DNA of 63,847 bases, the filler included, from Craspedostauros australis (taxonomy: Eukaryota), in assembly GCA_030167865.1 (NCBI GenBank). It is 10 parts of 10 records of this genome, joined end to end, with 100 filler letters (N's around TTAATTAATTAA, not from the genome) between each part and the next. Parts side by side here need not be neighbours in the genome. Positions count along the whole stretch, not along the records: positions 1 to 8,403 come from JALAGF010006066.1; positions 8,504 to 10,745 come from JALAGF010006069.1; 8 more parts are not named here. One strand, 5' to 3'. Position numbers and translations under genes: made by a program. The notes beneath the pieces were generated by a model that searched no databases, was not told the DNA's origin, and saw nothing but the letters and a program-made list of their open reading frames with translations. Of the stretch, positions 1-10,845 are shown piece by piece. Position 1 is the first letter of the stretch. Every line of letters starts with the position of its first letter.

Positions 1-865
1 GATATCTCGTGTTATCTCCACCTTTGGTCTTTCTTCATCTCTGTCTGATCTTGTCTGGTCTTGGTCTCTGTTTGATCACATATGAGTTGATCCGTCTACG
101 TCGACGAGGTGCATGCATCACCTCTGACGATGTTGTTCTGGATCCTAAATGTTGTTGCCACGTGCTCGATGATGCACTCGGCATGGCTAGACAGGTCAGC
201 GTACCATGACTAAAACATAATCTCGATTCCGAGGATCACAATGACCGATCCTCTGACGTCATACGATGATGTCAGTGCCTACGTCAGATTCGATGACAGT
301 AGTGACTGAATCTCAATCGTGTATCAAGACTCACTCGACTATACTCTCAAAATCGAGTCGAATCAGAAAATATTGAATCACGTTCTAGTCATGGGAGATG
401 GGTACCTTAATTTCGCTCTAGATGTTGATAGTGTCAAGCAGCTCTTCGTCCGTTCGCAATGCCACGATGCGCCCTTGTCGGCAGTGATGAATGTGGATTT
501 CCGTTCTCAATCCTGTACTATTATCTAGTTGAACCAATTGAGTCGTATTGCCCATCAACGCTGCTCGTCATTGGCAGGGCCAAAACGCCCGGCGGAAGCT
601 GGAGGGCCTTGACTCAGGGCAATCTCTGGAGATGGCTGAGATCTACGAGCTGTGCGACGACCGCTCTCATGTTGGTCCATTGGAGAAACAAGTGGAGAAA
701 CAAGTGGAGTAGCAGCTCGAACTCTGGAGAGAGTCCAAGTACTGCTCTCTTTGTCTCTCTCTCTTTCGAAGTTGTTGCGCAAACCCGCAAATGCGTAATT
801 TTCGAAGCGGAAACAGCTCTTCTCAACGCATTGGGGCTCTGTCTGCGCGTATTCCTGCAAATACA

Positions 866-3800
866 CTAGCCTTGCTCTGGGTGGTCGTCGTCGTCCTGAT
901 ACGAATCGCTGGTCAGAATGGAGACATCGTCGTCGGTGAGGCCTTCCTGACTGCTCGCAGCACCAGCTGCTGCAAGATCCTCCAAGCTTGCGGGGCTTGC
1001 CTGGCTTGTCTTGGAACTGCTATGCAGCCTGCTGCCGCTCCCTCGGCTTCCCGCGACGGACGAGTATGGCTTGGAGGAAGCCGTGCCCTGCGCCCGCCGG
1101 AACGTTGACGGGTTGCTCAGCGATACGGCGGCGTTTTGCAGTGGGAGCAACGAGACGATTGCACTTTGTTGTGGGTGATCCTGTGCTTGGCGTCGGCGTT
1201 GGTCCTGCTGCTTCGTTCTCTTGTCTTGATGCGGTGACGCTTCTTTGTTCTTTGCTATGATGCTCTTGTCAATATACTTTCCGCGCCGACTCTCCAAATG
1301 ATCCAACTTCGCCTTGCCGCCCCAATTCGAGTACAATTCGTACGCGCGGGTGAAGTAACGGACGCTGGCGGTTTCGTTCACGCGCCGCTTGGTGGACAGC
1401 AAGTAATCGCCGGCCAGCTCATGGCATAGTGCGGCTTCATGGATGTGTTCTGTCCTCAACGACAGCGCGATTGCTGTGTCGTATGCCTCTTTGACGCGGT
1501 CTTCGTCGTTATTCTTCCTGCAGTTGACGGACATTTCTTCAGCCTCCAAGATGAGCCCACGGTGCAGGCAGTTGGATCCGTTGCGGATCGCCATGCGCTT
1601 GAGCTCAGTCCTGTGCTGTTTGAGCCTTGTCAGGTACTTCTTCTGCTTCGTCTGGCGATACTTTCCTGCCGCCATGATCCCTCCAGCAAATTCGGAAGAT
1701 GTCACCATCGTGTAGACTTCGTCCGGACCAACCTTTGCCAACATCCACGAAAACTTCTCGACAAGGTCGTACTTGAAGAAGTACGCGGCGATGATCATCC
1801 GCGCCCATGACCCTCCGATGACTGCGTACCGTTCCGTGGTGTTGATATCGATGTTAGAAAACTCTTCATACTCGTCCCAATCCAACGGTAGATCTCCCGT
1901 GAACTGCTTCAGCATCATCACGAACATGTCCGGGAAGCGACCCAACGTGTCCACCTTGAAGAGTTGCTTGTGGTTGATGATGTCGTCGCCGGTCTTGAGC
2001 AAAGGAGCGATTTCCTTGTTGTCGATGAAGGATGTTGCCAACGACGCGAACCAGCAGAGGATGGCGACCTCAAATTCGCCGGCCTCCAAGGCTGATGTGT
2101 ACGCATCCTTCAGCTGGGCGAGGCAGTGCTCGATGGGGCAACACCAAATCTCGACGAAGAACACGTTGAAGAAATTCATCCAACCGTAGAGGCTGGGATC
2201 CTTGAACTGTGTCCAAACTCCACGCGAAAGACGAACGTATCGCATGGCAATCTGCTGTTCTCCACGGAAGGCAGATATCATCCCAAGTCCGGCCAGACCG
2301 ATGGTGGTATCGGCGCAAATTCCATGTCGGATGGACAGCCGGACGATCTTGGTGCTGGCAATGATCATGCTCAGGATGTTCTTGGTCTTGAAGGAGCGGG
2401 TGACGACTTGCGACAGGAATCGCATTCCCTGCAGCATCTTGGCATTGGTGTTAATTGGGAGACCGAGCAGGTCGTTGTCCGGATGGGTCTGGAAGTACCG
2501 CGACAAGGCTAGGAGACCCACTCCAGCGTGGACGGCAAACCATCGCTTGGGGTAGACGCCTGACAAGCGCGCCCCCTGCTTGCTTAGCTTCATGGCATCG
2601 ACGTCACGCTGCTCGGCGCCCATGGCGGATGCCATGGAGTGGTACGACTGCAGCTTGTGATCGACGCACCGCGCGCGATCAAAGAGTCTTTCGCACAGCT
2701 TGTACCCCACGTCGTAATTGCCCAGGGCGAGCTCTGCGTCGATCCTGGCTTGGTGCAATGCGAGAGTCAAATCGTAGTCGTCCTCCCACATGCGGTCGGA
2801 CCCGCTGCGGCCTTTCCAGTGCCCGGCAAAAGCCGTGTTGGCGAGATCGAGATACTCGGATGCTGACCTGACAGCGGCCAAGCTCAGAGCCTTCCTGCCA
2901 ACGTCAAGGTTCATCGTCGTCATGAATGTGTAGTCGCTGGATGGGATGCTATTGAGGTGGTCAGCTGCGACGAAGAGCAGGCCGTGATCTTCCAGACACC
3001 CCAGCTTTTCCTTCTCTTGGCAGTACCTCCACAGGGTTCTGCCGATGCGGTATTTGAGCTTCTGCCGGTTGTTCGTGTTGCTGCCGTTGTGGTTGCTGGG
3101 GCGTCGACCGTTGCGTGCCTTCCCCAACCGATCTGTGCGGCCGTCGAGTGAACCAGGCTCGTCGGACACCGTTAGGGGAATGAGGCTCTGCGCTGCCTGT
3201 TTGATGCGATCATGTGCGAATCGGTAGGTGATATCTCCGATCGTGTTTTGAAGCAGGCCTTCCAGCACAGCCTTCTCGAGAAGTGCTTCTAATTTGGGCG
3301 TGCGATTCGACATGGATCTGACGGACTTGCGTTTGTCATCCTTGTGCCAGCCTCCCGATGTTGATTCGTTGTGGTTGCTAGGACCGCGACCGCTGTCACC
3401 GAAGACGAGGCCATTTTGTTTGGCGTAGACAGGGTGCTGCGACTCGCAATCCACAACTGCTTGAAGCACCTCGAGGTCGAAGTTGCTGCGGATGTAGGAA
3501 GCCAGGGTCAGCACGGTCCTGATCTTGGGATTGAGCAACCGCAGCCGGCTAGCAATGACATCGACAATGTTGACGCCCATCTCGAACCTGTGCGCTTCAT
3601 GGCCGATCGATGCGCCCACGATGGATGAGTGGCCATTGAATTCATCGAATGTGGCAGGAGCCGGCCATTTGCATTCCCATTTCGATTGCTGAGGATTGAA
3701 GAAGAGGACGTTGGCCCGGTGAAGGTCCTCCAGCAGCTGGATCGTGAAGAATGCATTTCCCTGCGTCTTCTTGTAAAGCTGCTGGGACACCTCTTGGATT

Positions 3801-5137
3801 CCTTGGCATATGTGATTGTCATTCGTGGCGGCAGACTCATCTTGGCTGCTGTTGAGGATCTCAGCCACCCATGTCGTCATCTGGTGCTGAGTGAGGTTGA
3901 CGAGATGGATGTTGCGATGGATGTCGCGTTCCTTCTTGCGAAAGCCATCCAGCAAGATCGCCACCGGCGCATCATGACTCAGCGGGATGACGTCGTTGGG
4001 GTCATCGCCATGCGGATTGGCCTCCTGCCGCACTGCTCCGATGAGGTAGAAGTACTTCAAGGCAGGATCTAGCAGCAGCGTGGACAGCAGGTCGATGGTG
4101 ACCTGCGACGCCCATTGAAGGTCATCCAAGAAGAGCACCAGCGGCCGCTGCTGGTTGGCAATCGCCTTGATGAAGGTGATGAACGTGTATTGCAGACGGT
4201 TCCAGGAGCTTTCTGCCGTGCCGTGTTGTCGTGACTGTCGCTGCTGGTGCGCGCGGTCGTAAGGTTCAGAAGACGACGAGGTCGAGAGTATCCCGGATGC
4301 ACTCTCGTTCCCATGGTGAGAACTCCCAACGCTTTCGTCCACAAGAATGGATAGTGCGGGCACCATGGATGTGATTGCCTTGGCATCGTCACCCAATGCC
4401 TGCTGCACAGACGTTCGCAATCGCTGCACCTCACTGAACGGTTCCGAGCGAAGTTGCGTCGCAAGGTGTTTCAGGGCCTGCGTGATGGCAGAGAACGGGT
4501 CACTTGCGCCGGTGCATTCGTCGTGCTTGCCTTCGATGAAATAGAACTTCTGTCCCAGGCGCCTGGGGGATACTGACGATGACAATGCCGGTGATGCACA
4601 AATGGAGGTTGGCAATCCCGATGCCAGATCGTCGACGCACTGCCTCACAAGGCACGATTTGCCAGTACCGCTTTGGCCCCAAATCATCACCATGGGGGTA
4701 GAGCCGCTGCTGTTGGGCATGTCCTCGAGGCAGCTGCTCTGCATGACATCTTGGAATGCCTCAACGATCTGCTTGCGCTCGTCCAGGCGTCCGAAGAACT
4801 TGAGCTTGGCAAAGTCGATAGAGGTCTTGTGGCCATGTCCAAGACCTTGACCCTGACTTTCCGTTGTCATACTGTTGGCAGATGCAACGGCGCTGCCTTT
4901 GTTGCTGTCGCTTTTGTGAACAGTCGGGTATTGCTCAACGGCGTTCATACCCGTGCTGACGCTGTCTGACTGCGCCGTCACTTGCTTGGTGGCGGTTGTC
5001 TTGCCGGCTGCCTCCACATCGCCACCTCTCGGGTTTGTGGACGACGAGCGTTGGTTGGGAGAACAAAGGTAACTGTCAAGATCGGTCGCCGTTGCCTCGG
5101 TTGTTGATGGTGCTGTTGCGATGGTCAGAGTATCCAT
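866..5137 (-). CDS. STAND-class P-loop ATPase (AAA_16 / COG3899-like) with C-terminal helical (TPR-like) region
   Basis: FFGRLDE, Walker A GQSGTGKS, GKHDE..DPFSAI, Walker B LVLFLDDLQWA, KTQGNAFF, YRFAHDRIKQAA, C-terminal HEAALCHELAG..AYELYSNWGGKAK. The ORF is open to 5398, but the first in-frame ATG after the C/A-rich leader is at 5137 (MDTLT). Confidence 0.85.
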   Translation of the reverse strand: MDTLTIATAPSTTEATATDLDSYLCSPNQRSSSTNPRGGDVEAAGKTTATKQVTAQSDSVSTGMNAVEQYPTVHKSDSNKGSAVASANSMTTESQGQGLGHGHKTSIDFAKLKFFGRLDERKQIVEAFQDVMQSSCLEDMPNSSGSTPMVMIWGQSGTGKSCLVRQCVDDLASGLPTSICASPALSSSVSPRRLGQKFYFIEGKHDECTGASDPFSAITQALKHLATQLRSEPFSEVQRLRTSVQQALGDDAKAITSMVPALSILVDESVGSSHHGNESASGILSTSSSSEPYDRAHQQRQSRQHGTAESSWNRLQYTFITFIKAIANQQRPLVLFLDDLQWASQVTIDLLSTLLLDPALKYFYLIGAVRQEANPHGDDPNDVIPLSHDAPVAILLDGFRKKERDIHRNIHLVNLTQHQMTTWVAEILNSSQDESAATNDNHICQGIQEVSQQLYKKTQGNAFFTIQLLEDLHRANVLFFNPQQSKWECKWPAPATFDEFNGHSSIVGASIGHEAHRFEMGVNIVDVIASRLRLLNPKIRTVLTLASYIRSNFDLEVLQAVVDCESQHPVYAKQNGLVFGDSGRGPSNHNESTSGGWHKDDKRKSVRSMSNRTPKLEALLEKAVLEGLLQNTIGDITYRFAHDRIKQAAQSLIPLTVSDEPGSLDGRTDRLGKARNGRRPSNHNGSNTNNRQKLKYRIGRTLWRYCQEKEKLGCLEDHGLLFVAADHLNSIPSSDYTFMTTMNLDVGRKALSLAAVRSASEYLDLANTAFAGHWKGRSGSDRMWEDDYDLTLALHQARIDAELALGNYDVGYKLCERLFDRARCVDHKLQSYHSMASAMGAEQRDVDAMKLSKQGARLSGVYPKRWFAVHAGVGLLALSRYFQTHPDNDLLGLPINTNAKMLQGMRFLSQVVTRSFKTKNILSMIIASTKIVRLSIRHGICADTTIGLAGLGMISAFRGEQQIAMRYVRLSRGVWTQFKDPSLYGWMNFFNVFFVEIWCCPIEHCLAQLKDAYTSALEAGEFEVAILCWFASLATSFIDNKEIAPLLKTGDDIINHKQLFKVDTLGRFPDMFVMMLKQFTGDLPLDWDEYEEFSNIDINTTERYAVIGGSWARMIIAAYFFKYDLVEKFSWMLAKVGPDEVYTMVTSSEFAGGIMAAGKYRQTKQKKYLTRLKQHRTELKRMAIRNGSNCLHRGLILEAEEMSVNCRKNNDEDRVKEAYDTAIALSLRTEHIHEAALCHELAGDYLLSTKRRVNETASVRYFTRAYELYSNWGGKAKLDHLESRRGKYIDKSIIAKNKEASPHQDKRTKQQDQRRRQAQDHPQQSAIVSLLPLQNAAVSLSNPSTFRRAQGTASSKPYSSVAGSRGSGSRLHSSSKTSQASPASLEDLAAAGAASSQEGLTDDDVSILTSDSYQDDDDHPEQG

Positions 5138-6765
5138 CTTGGTCGATGTTGTTGTGGCAATGTGGAATTGCGAGTGGAAGCTGAGATGGAGAAGGAAGTG
5201 CGGATTCTGAGGTGCGGGTTGCGATCGGGTGTGTGTGCGTACTCGTACAATTGTGAGACGAAGTGCGGAAGCTGTAAAAAATGGTCGCGATGTGCGTGCT
5301 TCTGGGAGTGGTCGTATTGGGATGCCTTCTCGCAGCCCGGGCAGAGGACCGTGGTGGCGAGGAACCATGGCCACGCAGACGGGGACCACCACTTCCATGC
5401 GCCTTCATCCTCGCCCTTCTGCATCCATCCCTACTGACAAAATCGGAGCTGTTGTTGTTGGCGCGAATGACATTTCTATTTTCCGTCTTGGTTGAAACAA
5501 AAATGCGGAGGCGGGCGCTCGCTTGTGGAAAACGTTGCACAGAGGGTGGCCGCGGCGGTGGCGATCTTTGTGGCGGTACCGCCTCTCTGCGTGTGTCTGT
5601 GTGTGTTGGCAAAAACATGGGAGCAGCGTCTTGGTGGTAGGCCTTGCAGCTCCCTCCTGTTGCCATTCCAGGGGTTCGTTCCGAACGTCAACTTGCGCCA
5701 AAGCGCAGAACGGCGGCCAGAACGAGAACGTTGGAGGTTAAAACTAAGGAGAGTAATCGGCGTCCGTGGACTATTGCACTGGAGGAGTTTTGAACCCCAT
5801 TGCCCGCAACAGTAGAGAGGTCGAGACAGCGCGCGTTCACCAGAATGCCCTGCAGAAAGGGCATGGGAATTGATTTGTGAATACAGAATCGTGTGATGAT
5901 AAGCGCACTTCAGAGAAGGGTCACGAAATCCGTCTGTTGTCAATCCGAATAGTACGGAATTCCGTTCCATGACCGTCCACCAGGCCATGCTTGTCTTCCG
6001 TACGAACCCATGTTTGCAACACATACGCAATGGTGGAGAAGGAGAGCGATGCTTGTCTTTCGTGGCCGGAGTACACGTTGATCGTGTGCTGGACTTGGCA
6101 GAAATGGTTGGCGATTCACCGGCCACCAAACAGAAACCTGATCCAACCCTTCTCGGGTGTGGTCTGCGCGTGAAGGGCCTTGCGAACACATCAACCTGTG
6201 GTCCCGCAAGTTCGCATTCGCGTACTCCGAACAGTTGATGGGTTGATCGTCGGCGGAGGTCACAACAGATAGATTGCGCCACAACGCGAATTACCTTGCT
6301 CGACGTTTTGATGGCTTTGGAGGCGAAGGGAAAACGGCGTTGTTTTGTAAATGCGACTTGGAAAGAATAGAAAGTGGGTCCATTGTTGCTATTTTCCAGA
6401 TTTTCCTGCAGTTCGTTGGAATCAGCCATTTCGCAGGTTCTGCTGTAGCTTTCCTCGTGTATTTGCGACTTCCCTTCGACTCGGGACAACCAGTCCATCA
6501 TCCATTGCGACTTCGTCCTTGGCTCGCATCCGCACTTCACGACGGTCCTCCCTGTAGCAACTAATAATACTCCAGCCTACCATACTGACAATGCAAGTTG
6601 CTTCTCTCTTCCTCCCCATGCATNNNNNNNNNNNNNNNNNNNNNNNNNNNNNNNNNNNNNNNNNNNNNNNNNNCCTGTAGCAACTAATAATACTCCAGCC
6701 TACCATACTGACAATGCAAGTTGCTTCTCTCTTCCTCCCCATGCATGCTGTGTACAGCTCTTTTT

Positions 6766-7585
6766 CTGTTGTTGTTGTACCATATAGACTATAATCCATA
6801 ACCATGTGCTGCAGCTGCTTTCGTACNGCCTCGTTTATTCCACATAAGNCATTTAGTGTGAACGGATAACGTTGGCAGGTCTTGCCTTGCNNTGTGGTTG
6901 CATACAATTGTGTATGCNNGTACATATACAATGTACANACANGAGACACGCGTGGCGGCNNCAGCTGCCCTTGCAGTGACTCCTGCCTGGCATGCTGGGC
7001 GTGTGGTCACGCTGGAGGATGTTGGGTGCAGATGGTGCATGGTGCAGCTATACTGGATGCTCTGGAGAAACTGTGGCCTCCGTATGCGGCTTGCCATGTG
7101 TCACAGCTAGCAGCCACTCTGCTCTCCTTGGCTGGGTTCCTGGTAGGTGCTGACCAAGCTTACACAGGGTGGGTATGCATAGATCNNNNNNNNNNNNNNN
7201 NNNNNNNNNNNNNNNNNNNNNNNNNNNNNNNNNNNNNNNNNNNNNNNNNNNNNNNNNNNNNNNNNNNNNNNNNNNNNNNNNNNNNNNNNNNNNNNNNNNN
7301 NNNNNNNNNNNNNNNNNNNNNNNNNNNNNNNNNNNNNNNNNNNNNNNNNNNNNNNNNNNNNNNNNNNNNNNNNACCCAGTAGGGTTGGGACCGTGCTTTC
7401 TCCACTCCACCAACCATGCAGTCCATATCAGGCCGTCCCAGCCCGCTCCTTGCCGAGACTCCTTGATGGCATCGGTTGATATGCAGTTGCTGCCTTCTGG
7501 CGTAGTGTTGGCTTGCTTCAGGATGCAGAGAGGTTTGACAAGATGCTCGGCCCAATCCCCACGGACCTTGATGGCCAGATGATGT
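6766..7585 (-). mobile_element. 5'-truncated, degenerate 3' end of a non-LTR retrotransposon related to the element at 28304-36693
   Basis: Minus strand reads ..TTPEG..GWDGLIWTAWLVEWR, versus ORF2 TTPPEV..GWVALIWGGWSTSWR. The 3' UTR motifs ATCCGTTC and GAATnAACGAGGC..AAAGC are shared with 36597-36662. A short (CAA)n tail lies at 6766-6778. Confidence 0.6.
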
Positions 7586-8403
7586 GCCAGCCTTGTTCGA
7601 TGCAGGAGTCCAAAACTACCTGGTATTATGCATGGTTGTTGTTCTTATGTCATACAAGCTGATTCTTCTTGTTCTTCCATGTGTTTGTCAACAACACAAT
7701 CATGATTGCATACAAAGTGCTTCATGCCACTGTTGCTTCTCCTCTTCCTTGTCCTTGTCCTTGTCTTTACCTTTCAAGACCAGGATCATTCCTCCAGACC
7801 ACCTTGGTTCATCCTGGGATACGTTCTCGGTTGGTGCAGCCAACTGCAGTTTGTTTGCAGCAATTACAGTGACAAATAGATTGAACAGTGCTTGTTGTTG
7901 TTGCTATTCTAAAGCATCGTAGTTTCTTGCATGTGGTTATTGTTTATTCCTACGGTTCCACCAGGGAATCCAACCAATCATCCATCTTGATAGAACGATA
8001 TAGAAAACGAGGGTAACTTACTGTACGCCGAAGGGTGATCAATCCGTGGTAGTGCAGTAGGTTGATGAGTTTGATTGCAAGAGTGTGTCTTAGTCTTTAG
8101 AGCTGTACGAATCCAAATGAGACTTTCAATTGGATTGTGAGCAGGTGATGAGCAGCATCCATTAGAGCTGGATCTGCATCATCTCTATTAGTAGTGGTAT
8201 AGTGGAGCGTTGAGTCTCCCACGTGCAATCATCGCGGTGCCGATGTTGCCATTCGAGAGAGGAGACATCAATTTCGTGATGGTCGGAGAGAGAGTTTGTT
8301 GTTCACTCTCTTCCGATCAATTTGGGGGACTTTGTTCATCCAACGGTTTGATCTGCTTGTCCATCCAGGACAGGTCATGTCACGCCCATAAGTGGCGTGG
8401 GAT

Positions 8404-8503
8404 NNNNNNNNNNNNNNNNNNNNNNNNNNNNNNNNNNNNNNNNNNNNTTAATTAATTAANNNNNNNNNNNNNNNNNNNNNNNNNNNNNNNNNNNNNNNNN
8501 NNN
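8404..8503. other. Artificial contig linker N44-TTAATTAATTAA-N44
   Basis: Six-frame stop spacer. The same 100-bp linker recurs at 10746-10845, 23075-23174, 28204-28303, 36694-36793, 41993-42092, 55496-55595, 58106-58205 and 60773-60872. Confidence 0.97.
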
Positions 8504-10745
8504 TCAGATTGACAATCACCTCATATCTCATCACGAGTTTTGGGTGTTCTTTGGATTGCTCCTTCTGGGCACTATCGAAGGCACATCTTGCCTGTGGGGC
8601 GACAGAGACACTGAAGGATTCAAACAGCCAATGGACGTCACCGACCACATGAAGAATTATCGGTTTCGTGCCATCCNNNNNNNNNNNNNNNNNNNNNNNN
8701 NNNNNNNNNNNNNNNNNNNNNNNNNNNNNNNNNNNNNNNNNNNNNNNNNNNNNNNNNNNNNNNNNNNNNNNNNNNNNNNNNNNNNNNNNNNNNNNNNNNN
8801 NNNNNNNNNNNNNNNNNNNNNNNNNNNNNNNNNNNNNNNNNNNNNNNNNNNNNNNNNNNNNNNNNNNNNNNNNNNNNNNGTCCGCCGCAAACCTGAGCCG
8901 CTGGGCGTGGAATTCAAGACCGTTGCCGATGGAGAGACAGGGATCATGCTGTTCTTGGAGATCCAATGGGGCAAGGAGGGAATGGAGGGTGCGGCCTTCC
9001 TTGACAGGGTGAAGGGTAAGAACGCTGCATGCACCCTTCGCATGGCAGCAGCAACCAACGTCTGCACCGATCCTTCGAAATCTCCGGATGATCCGCAGTT
9101 CAACCAGGGCAAGAGCATCTTCCTGGGAGACTCGTGGTTCGCGTCTGTGGAGGCCACCAAGGCGCTTGAAACAGAGCTGGGTGCGAAGTTCATNNNNNNN
9201 NNNNNNNNNNNNNNNNNNNNNNNNNNNNNNNNNNNNNNNNNNNNNNNNNNNNNNNNNNNNNNNNNNNNNNNNNNNNNNNNNNNNNNNNNNNNNNNNNNNN
9301 NNNNNNNNNNNNNNNNNNNNGGGTACAAGTACTGCAAGGCTAAGGTACTCTGCTTCGTCTTTTCCGCGGGAGCTGGGCATGCAGGCTGCGGGGCGCCGTA
9401 TTTGTCGAAGTGGATCTTGGACAATGGGCGCCCCATGACGAAGAAAGTGGATTGGCCAAGTGTCGCTTCGAAGTACTTTGAAAGCTGCAACAAGGTCGAC
9501 GTCCACAACCAGGCTCGACAGGACATCCTCGGTCTGGAGAGANNNNNNNNNNNNNNNNNNNNNNNNNNNNNNNNNNNNNNNNNNNNNNNNNNCAAAGCAC
9601 CCGACATTCCCGACAAGACACCCGACATTCCCGACAAAACTCCCGACATTCCCGACATTCCCGACAATGACACATGGCAGCATGATACTATCAATTTAGA
9701 CGTGATGACCAAATAAATATCAAACATCACTGAAACTGTCGTTCGTATTTAAGTCATGAGGTTTTGGGGTCATACTCGACATTTTGCCGCGTGTCCCTGG
9801 AGACCACAATGAAGGTGTGGCCATCCAGAAGCCAGCTGCTGATGGAAAGCAAGTGCAGCGGCCACAAGTACTACGCACTGGGGTACAAGTACTGCAAGGC
9901 TAAGGTACTCTGCTTCGTCTTTTCCGCGGGAGCTGGGCATGCAGGCTGCGGGGTGCCGTATTTGTCGAAGTGGATCTTGGACGATGGGTGCCCCATGACA
10001 AAGAAAGTGGATTGGCCGAGTGTCGCTTCGAAGTACTTCGAAAGCTGCAACAAGGTCGATGTCCACAACCAGGCTCGACAGGACATCCTCGGTCTGGAGA
10101 GAACTTGGCCCACACGCGACAGATACTTCAGGCTTGTCACGACTCTCTTTGGGATAACCGTTGTGGATGCATGGAGGGCATACCGATGCCACTTGGCGGG
10201 CAAGCACCNACACAAGAATGTGCCTCTCATGGATTTCGTGAACATGATGGTCAAAGACATGCTCCACAACAACGAAGCCCCTGATCCACCAAGCTCATTT
10301 GCCAGGATGAGAAGCAACCAGCCATCGGAAGTGCAATGCGGTGGCAATGGTGGCTCCTTGTCTTTGTTGACAACTGACAGTCCAGCCCATGCGACAACAC
10401 AGGTGGCCCGTGCGACGACACAGGTGGCTGAGTGGCCCCGAGCAGACTTGATCAATGGCCACCACTTGGTAAAGCACNNNNNNNNNNNNNNNNNNNNNNN
10501 NNNNNNNNNNNNNNNNNNNNNNNNNNNNNNNNNNNNNNNNNNNNNNNNNNNNNNNNNNNNNNNNNNNNNNNNNNNNNNNNNNNNNNNNNNNNNNNNNNNN
10601 NNNNNNNNNGGGTCTCCAGGCCAAACTGTTTGGTGCTGCGAAATGAAGGAGTACGACGGAATATTTCGACGATGTTTCGAAATCCATGCAGAGAAACATG
10701 CAGGATCAAGGTCGCGTAGTTCCACACACCCAGACACCATGACAG
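8504..10745 (+). mobile_element. piggyBac-like (DDE_Tnp_1_7/PGBD) transposase fragments, at least two overlapping copies
   Basis: RRKPEPLGVEFKTVAD, FLGDSWFASV, VDVHNQARQ..LERTW..RLVTTLFGITVVDAW and a C-terminal Cys/His motif (WCC..RRCFEIH). Segment 9321-9542 is nearly identical to 9881-10102. Confidence 0.8.
9593..9799. mobile_element. End of a hAT-like/MITE insertion with subterminal CCCGACA repeats
   Basis: Seven CCCGACA units at 9600-9667, an AT-rich middle, and a terminus ..GTGTCCCTG (CAGGG on the minus strand). The transposase frame resumes immediately after it (ETTMKVWP..GYKY). Confidence 0.5.
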
Positions 10746-10845
10746 NNNNNNNNNNNNNNNNNNNNNNNNNNNNNNNNNNNNNNNNNNNNTTAATTAATTA
10801 ANNNNNNNNNNNNNNNNNNNNNNNNNNNNNNNNNNNNNNNNNNNN

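Noticed and set aside
1..557. Possible LTR-like stretch (similarly ~7930-8403)
   Set aside because: Only composition and a terminal CA or TG suggest it; no second copy, TSD or internal domain is visible.
5476..6540. 354-aa minus-strand ORF upstream of the ATPase
   Set aside because: Non-ATG start, no recognisable motifs, and composition typical of intergenic sequence.
6550..6746. Direct repeats flanking 50-N gaps (also ~21718-21886, 40796-40881, 56017-57630, 62904-63560)
   Set aside because: Typical unmerged overlapping contig ends or collapsed repeat copies.
8448..8459. Recurrent palindromic TTAATTAATTAA
   Set aside because: Always centred in an identical N44..N44 block, so it is an assembly spacer, not a piggyBac TTAA site or biological motif.
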